Source: Escherichia phage vB_EcoS-UDF157lw. From it: 46,604 bases of DNA. Below the pieces are notes generated by a model. That model was not told where the DNA came from and searched no databases. It saw only the letters and a list, made by a program, of their open reading frames with translations. This document shows positions 42,577 through 46,604 of the stretch, one piece after another. Within the stretch, counting starts at the first letter, position 1; each line of letters starts with the position of its first letter. A program made the translations under genes and the position numbers. The stretch is from sequence record OQ243221; one strand, given 5' to 3'.

Positions 42577-44160
42577 TTACCCCAGCAGCCGTGGATTGAT
42601 ATATACCTTGTCACCAATCAGGCAGGTATAGTTTTTATCATCAAGCATCGGGAGTAAGTGGTCTTTAATTTTAGCCATAACACCAGCCTGTGACTCGAAA
42701 GGTCGAACCTTACGCGCAGCTTCATAAAGTGAACGCAAACCCACAACTCCTTTACTGTTCTTGCCTTGCTTGATAAGGATATCAATTAACTTGTTCATCT
42801 CAGCGTTATCGCCAGCATGACCAGCTGCGTTAGCAGAAGATAAGTAAGTCTTGCTAAGTTCTTCAAACATCAATAAAGCCTCCTGCATCGTTTCCAGTCC
42901 AATCTCCCTGGACTTCTGCGGACTACCGCCATTTGGATTAAACCAGTTACGTATGGTGTGAAGAACGGCAGCAAGGCGAATAACCTGTTTATCCATTTTA
43001 CCTAGTGCGCCACGGAGCATTGTGTGTGAATACTTGCCGCCATCCGCAAGGTGTGGCTCCATTTCCTGTCGAGCACGGTTAAGGTGCTTCATTGCTGAGT
43101 TACTAATAGTCAACTTCACATCTTGCTCACTCATAATTTCATGAACAAGACGGAAGTAATCAGCCTTCAACGCTCCGTCAATCGGCTCATATGTTGACTC
43201 GCCATTATCATCGACGAAAACACGCTCACCAAGGAATGACTTTTCACGCACAAGCAAGAAACGTTCGGATACACCAATACCGCGAGCACCAGCATTCATG
43301 ATTGCGACTATTGTTTCATCCTGCGCAATTACAGAAATACACCCCATAGCAATAAAGCTCATGTTGTTCTCTGCGTTCGCACGCGCGATAGATACGTTAC
43401 CAGCATCCCAGGCCTTAAGTACCAGTTCGCTGTTTGTTTTCTTTGTTCCATCACCATAGGTCATGCCCAGCAGTGAGTTGACGCTCGTCGCCTCATCCGA
43501 GATGACAGCGAAGCTACCCTGACGATGGTTAATGCGTGCCAGACCTTCAGGAGTAGTATCAGATACAGGGAATACGATGTCGCAAAGTTTCTCGAGCTTA
43601 TCTTCCAGCTCCTCCTTCTCCTCAAACAAACCAGCCATCTCAGAAGGCGACTTCTCCTGCTTCATTTCTTTAGCCAGAGCCGACAGCTTGGCCATAATCT
43701 TTTTACGGTCACGCTTACGCAGATCGTTTAGTCGCTCAGTCTCTGCAATCATTGGAGCAAGAGACAGCGAGTTAATGGCAGATTTACCAGTTGATGGAGG
43801 CTGGCTGGTCACTACATACAGTGATGTTGGTTGTTGAGTTCCGTGATACTCAACCGTAAAGCGACCTAACATAGCTGCCGAGATGCAACCAAGGAAGTGC
43901 ATATAAGCAGATGATTCAGGAAACTGAACAGAACGAGCAATGTTGCTTGATAGTTTGCCAACTACATCATAGTCGTTACCAAGCGAGATAACAGGATACT
44001 TGTCGCCAGTAGAATCAATCTCAACCGGAGCTTTCCAGAATGATGCGCTCTGGCGATAACCGTTCGCATTAATAGCAACACGTAAAGGAGGTAATCCATC
44101 CTGAGCGGCAACAGCCATTACTTGTTCAACAGTCAATTTGTCATCATTAAAATCAAACAT
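42577..44160 (-). CDS. Putative replication-associated P-loop NTPase (helicase/primase-associated, 527 aa)
   Basis: Deviant Walker A PPSTGKS and Walker B-like FAVISDEATS; RBS GAGAGAG before ATG 44160; N- and C-termini are paralogous to the 1036-1596 protein. Confidence 0.6.
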   Translation of the reverse strand: MFDFNDDKLTVEQVMAVAAQDGLPPLRVAINANGYRQSASFWKAPVEIDSTGDKYPVISLGNDYDVVGKLSSNIARSVQFPESSAYMHFLGCISAAMLGRFTVEYHGTQQPTSLYVVTSQPPSTGKSAINSLSLAPMIAETERLNDLRKRDRKKIMAKLSALAKEMKQEKSPSEMAGLFEEKEELEDKLEKLCDIVFPVSDTTPEGLARINHRQGSFAVISDEATSVNSLLGMTYGDGTKKTNSELVLKAWDAGNVSIARANAENNMSFIAMGCISVIAQDETIVAIMNAGARGIGVSERFLLVREKSFLGERVFVDDNGESTYEPIDGALKADYFRLVHEIMSEQDVKLTISNSAMKHLNRARQEMEPHLADGGKYSHTMLRGALGKMDKQVIRLAAVLHTIRNWFNPNGGSPQKSREIGLETMQEALLMFEELSKTYLSSANAAGHAGDNAEMNKLIDILIKQGKNSKGVVGLRSLYEAARKVRPFESQAGVMAKIKDHLLPMLDDKNYTCLIGDKVYINPRLLG

Positions 44161-44203
44161 TATTATCATCTCTCTCTAAATGCCCCCGAAGGGGCTTGAC
44201 TAT

Positions 44204-44383
44204 TTACTTGATACGAACTTCAATCATCTGGCCTTTATGAGGAAGATACAGCTTTGCGCGACCTCTAATCATTACGGTGATGATATTCTCCTTAAGGTCA
44301 ACGTGAAGTACTTTGCGGAACAGTGGCCCCATTTTTACCATCATGCCAGGTTTGATGTTTTCGATAGTAGTCATGATATCCAT
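44204..44383 (-). CDS. Hypothetical protein (59 aa)
   Basis: Hand-translated MDIMTTIENIKPGMMVKMGPLFRKVLHVDLKENIITVMIRGRAKLYLPHKGQMIEVRIK; preceded by promoter element and CATCGAAACGA leader. Confidence 0.4.
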   Translation of the reverse strand: MDIMTTIENIKPGMMVKMGPLFRKVLHVDLKENIITVMIRGRAKLYLPHKGQMIEVRIK

Positions 44384-44421
44384 TTTTTAGCCCTTTTAAT
44401 GTATTTCGTTTCGATGAAGAG

Positions 44422-44465
44422 AATATATCAATTTTTGTTGTTAAGTCCTTTAGCAAAAAGTGCTA
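44422..44465 (-). promoter_or_regulatory. Composite promoter-like element (minus): TAGCACtttttGCTAAA, 23 nt, TGaTATATT, leader CATCGAAACGA
   Basis: Reverse complement read directly. Confidence 0.5.
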
Positions 44466-44582
44466 TTAAAGACCAACCAGACATTTGCCAACTACAACAG
44501 CGATTGCGCCCATGAAGCCAAAGAAACCAAACTTAATTACTTGTTCCATTACCGCATCAACTGCTTTAGAGATGTTTTTCAT
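44466..44582 (-). CDS. Small hydrophobic protein (38 aa, MKNISKAVDAVMEQVIKFGFFGFMGAIAVVVGKCLVGL)
   Basis: Strong RBS AAGGTGA; C-terminal TM-like segment; the track N-terminal extension translates through a terminator hairpin and is rejected. Confidence 0.35.
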   Translation of the reverse strand: MKNISKAVDAVMEQVIKFGFFGFMGAIAVVVGKCLVGL

Positions 44583-44612
44583 TTTGTTCACCTTAGTTTT
44601 TGTCTTCTTGAT

Positions 44613-44663
44613 GGAAACAAATATACCCGCCGAAGCGGGTACTGTCATTAGCAAAAAGTGCTA
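44613..44663 (-). promoter_or_regulatory. Overlapping terminator and promoter-like element (minus): TAGCACtttttGCTAA, hairpin ACCCGC-ttcg-GCGGGT, TATATT
   Basis: The hairpin and U-rich tract sit inside the spacer between the palindrome and the -10-like hexamer. Confidence 0.45.
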
Positions 44664-44870
44664 TTTTTTTAAGTGCCCTGGCGCATAGCATTTTCCATCC
44701 TTCTTATGCAAAACCCACCCAGCATATTTAAGTTGCCTTGCACAATCAGAAAAGTTCTCGCCCGCAGCGTCCGTATAGTGTGGCATAAAATAAGAACCAT
44801 CATCATTTGACTCAGTTGAGCACTTCTTACAGTCGCAATAAACAGCGATGGAATAACCTGAAACAATCAT
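44661..44870 (-). CDS. Hypothetical Cys-rich small protein (69 aa)
   Basis: CDCKKC ... C ... C pattern suggests a zinc-binding protein. Confidence 0.45.
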   Translation of the reverse strand: MIVSGYSIAVYCDCKKCSTESNDDGSYFMPHYTDAAGENFSDCARQLKYAGWVLHKKDGKCYAPGHLKK

Positions 44871-45220
44871 TTGTAAGCCGCCTCAAACTTATACATCCCA
44901 TAACCCACATCAAAGCCAACTTCTTCATCACGCGTCAACTGCCAGCCCTCGCCGTCTTCATCATAAATATACCCAGCGTTACGACCAAGTGATGCAGTCA
45001 TTGATACCTGGTAACGCTTACCCTTACTGAAACTCTTCTTGAGTGGTGACTTGTGGTTCACGAAAGTGCAAAGCAAAGTCTTGGTCTTGACGTAACGACC
45101 CCGGCCAGTGAGATTTTGCCATTTACCATGAATCTTGATTTGCTCAATACCATCTTTAACGCGAGCTTTAAACAGATTGTTATCTGAGCTGATCCAGTTT
45201 TTAGTGATAGTGGTAGCCAT
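44867..45220 (-). CDS. Hypothetical protein (117 aa)
   Basis: ORF in track; overlapping stop/start with the downstream gene. Confidence 0.5.
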   Translation of the reverse strand: MATTITKNWISSDNNLFKARVKDGIEQIKIHGKWQNLTGRGRYVKTKTLLCTFVNHKSPLKKSFSKGKRYQVSMTASLGRNAGYIYDEDGEGWQLTRDEEVGFDVGYGMYKFEAAYK

Positions 45221-45245
45221 TACTATTTTCCTTTTTGGTTTGTTA

Positions 45246-45548
45246 TTAGTTAGCGTTATGACGTTCGATATAGTCGCGGATTGTTTCGCCTACGCTTTTA
45301 GCGGCACCAAAAGTGCCCTTTGCGTGGCGTGAATCGCGGTACGTCTGGAAGAATTTACGAGCGATGTTTGCGAACATTGAACCAGTCACGCGAGCATCAC
45401 CGAAATTTGTTTCGATAGCGTTGCTAATGCCATCCTTGAACTCATTTTCAGTCATGAACATCTCTGCCATGCCAGCAGTCTCGAAAAGGTTAGCTAATTC
45501 ATTCATGTTGTTATGGTCTTCGGCTGTAAACAGGTTCATGTTAATCAT
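45246..45548 (-). CDS. Hypothetical acidic protein (100 aa)
   Basis: ORF in track; preceded on the minus strand by promoter element and CATCGAAACGAAAC leader. Confidence 0.5.
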   Translation of the reverse strand: MINMNLFTAEDHNNMNELANLFETAGMAEMFMTENEFKDGISNAIETNFGDARVTGSMFANIARKFFQTYRDSRHAKGTFGAAKSVGETIRDYIERHNAN

Positions 45549-45581
45549 CTTCGTGATTCCTTAGTTTCGTTTCGATGAGAT

Positions 45582-45625
45582 GAATATACAATAAAAGCCC
45601 CGAAGGGCTTTAGCAATTCGTGCTA
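45582..45625 (-). promoter_or_regulatory. Composite promoter-like element (minus): TAGCACgaaTTGCTAAA, hairpin AGCCC-ttc-GGGGCT, TGTATATT
   Basis: Reverse complement read directly; the TAG of the motif is the stop codon of the upstream 50-aa ORF. Confidence 0.5.
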
Positions 45626-45775
45626 TTTCTTTGCTGCTTTTGCAATTGCCTTCTGGACGATGTTGAAGCTCTCAATCAAATCTTCTTTGAAGTAGTCACC
45701 AACAGGCCAACCCTTACCGCTGTACTTTGCTATAGTTTCTAGATCGTAATAGTTCAAATCAGATGGTTTAAGCAT
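45623..45775 (-). CDS. Small hypothetical protein (50 aa)
   Basis: Hand-translated MLKPSDLNYYDLETIAKYSGKGWPVGDYFKEDLIESFNIVQKAIAKAAKK; start abuts the upstream stop (TAAATG). Confidence 0.35.
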   Translation of the reverse strand: MLKPSDLNYYDLETIAKYSGKGWPVGDYFKEDLIESFNIVQKAIAKAAKK

Positions 45776-46015
45776 TTACCTCACCTCATCAAAAGTTGCG
45801 ACACCAGGGATAAACATTCCGACCTTCCAACCTGCGATAGCAATCCATCCAGAATCGTGCTTGTGCGGTCGCTCGGCGCCATTAATCACCCACTCGTTCG
45901 GGATTGTCTTGCCGTTAATGATTAGCAGCTCAGCTTCGTATACAGAGCCTTTTACAAATGGCGTCAAAACCTTTTTGTCTGTACTGTTAATAACGTTTGT
46001 GCAGCGAATTTTCAT
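45776..46015 (-). CDS. Hypothetical protein (79 aa)
   Basis: ORF in track. Confidence 0.5.
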   Translation of the reverse strand: MKIRCTNVINSTDKKVLTPFVKGSVYEAELLIINGKTIPNEWVINGAERPHKHDSGWIAIAGWKVGMFIPGVATFDEVR

Positions 46016-46025
46016 ATCTCAATCC

Positions 46026-46205
46026 TCAAATAAATGGTAAACATTCGACGCAGCCAAGTCCATCGCAGCACAGAAATTCATCTTCTGACTGGAATTGCTT
46101 AGCCAAATCAATGTCCAGCTTTCCGCGCAGCACAAGGTTGGTGTAAACTTCGTTAAGTCCAATCAGTGCGCATTCGTGGCGCAAATCGTCTTTATCAATC
46201 TTCAT
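46026..46205 (-). CDS. Small Cys-rich hypothetical protein (59 aa)
   Basis: Hand-translated; C-terminal CCDGLGCVEC; start overlaps the upstream stop. Confidence 0.4.
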   Translation of the reverse strand: MKIDKDDLRHECALIGLNEVYTNLVLRGKLDIDLAKQFQSEDEFLCCDGLGCVECLPFI

Positions 46206-46389
46206 ACCGCTCTACCTCGAAGTTGTATACCATTACGTTTCTATCATGCTTGTTCTTTATCACCATTGACTCAAGCTCTTCGTATACAGCCACTACATTG
46301 TAAACACCACCAGGCTCAAGGCCGTAGAATTCGTATTCTTCATCGTCAAAACCATCCGTTTTACTTAGTGCTGTTATTTTTACCTTCAT
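46195..46389 (-). CDS. Hypothetical acidic protein (64 aa), first gene of the leftward operon
   Basis: RBS GAGGAG; promoter element immediately upstream. Confidence 0.5.
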   Translation of the reverse strand: MKVKITALSKTDGFDDEEYEFYGLEPGGVYNVVAVYEELESMVIKNKHDRNVMVYNFEVERYED

Positions 46390-46417
46390 ATCTATCTCCT
46401 CGTTGTTGATGAGTTTA

Positions 46418-46460
46418 CTATAGCCTTGCCATCCCCATTTTTCTTTAGCAAAAAGTGCTA
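46418..46460 (-). promoter_or_regulatory. Composite promoter-like element (minus): TAGCACtttttGCTAAA, 21 nt, TATAGT, leader CATCAACAACGAGGAG
   Basis: Reverse complement read directly; drives the leftward small-gene operon. Confidence 0.5.
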
Positions 46461-46604
46461 TTCGTCAGATTTATGGATTGTTGCAGGCATTGCGATGATT
46501 AGCATGACTATTACACATAAAGCAATATTTCATCGAGTGCAACAGGTTTATTGATTGTTGCCAGTTTGGCAATGATGGATGGATGGATTGAATGAAAGGA
46601 GGTT

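Noticed and set aside
1-46604. Prophage or temperate features (integrase, CI/Cro switch, att sites), CRISPR arrays, rRNA
   Set aside because: No integrase-like ORF (no tyrosine or serine recombinase motifs), no spaced direct-repeat array and no rRNA-like sequence were found; the content fits a virulent phage.

Overview
The window reads as a near-complete genome of a lytic T1-like siphovirus of enterobacteria (Drexlerviridae-like); this is inferred from gene order and motifs, not from any database search. Layout: a 490-bp AT-rich non-coding leader (1-493); rightward small early genes (494-3484); a tRNA-Arg(CCU) (3771-3846); a rightward morphogenesis block (4148-25755) running terS, HNH endonuclease, terL, portal, Mu-F-like minor head protein, protease/scaffold, collagen-like fibre protein, major capsid, connectors, major tail protein, chaperones, tape measure and lambda-like M/L/K/I/J tip proteins; a leftward pair downstream of J (320-aa protein plus Cor-like lipoprotein, 25786-26993); a second 510-bp AT-rich non-coding block (27069-27578) homologous to the first; a rightward early/replication-lysis block (27579-42223) with Rha-like regulator, exonuclease, Erf, SSB, SF2 helicase, VRR-NUC nuclease, small ORFs, HTH-metallophosphoesterase and a pinholin / SAR-endolysin / u-spanin cassette, interrupted by leftward tailspike, primase and HTH genes (30814-35058); and a leftward cluster of small genes plus a P-loop replication ATPase (42237-46389). 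No integrase, repressor pair, CRISPR array or rRNA was seen. The most striking non-coding signal is a composite promoter-like element repeated about 17 times on both strands. Other items worth follow-up are a truncated paralogue of the replication ATPase, self-contained moron-like insertions in the structural module, and a collagen-like protein carrying a carbohydrate-binding-like insert. All coordinates were worked out by hand from the supplied ORF track and sequence and may be off by a few bases at starts.
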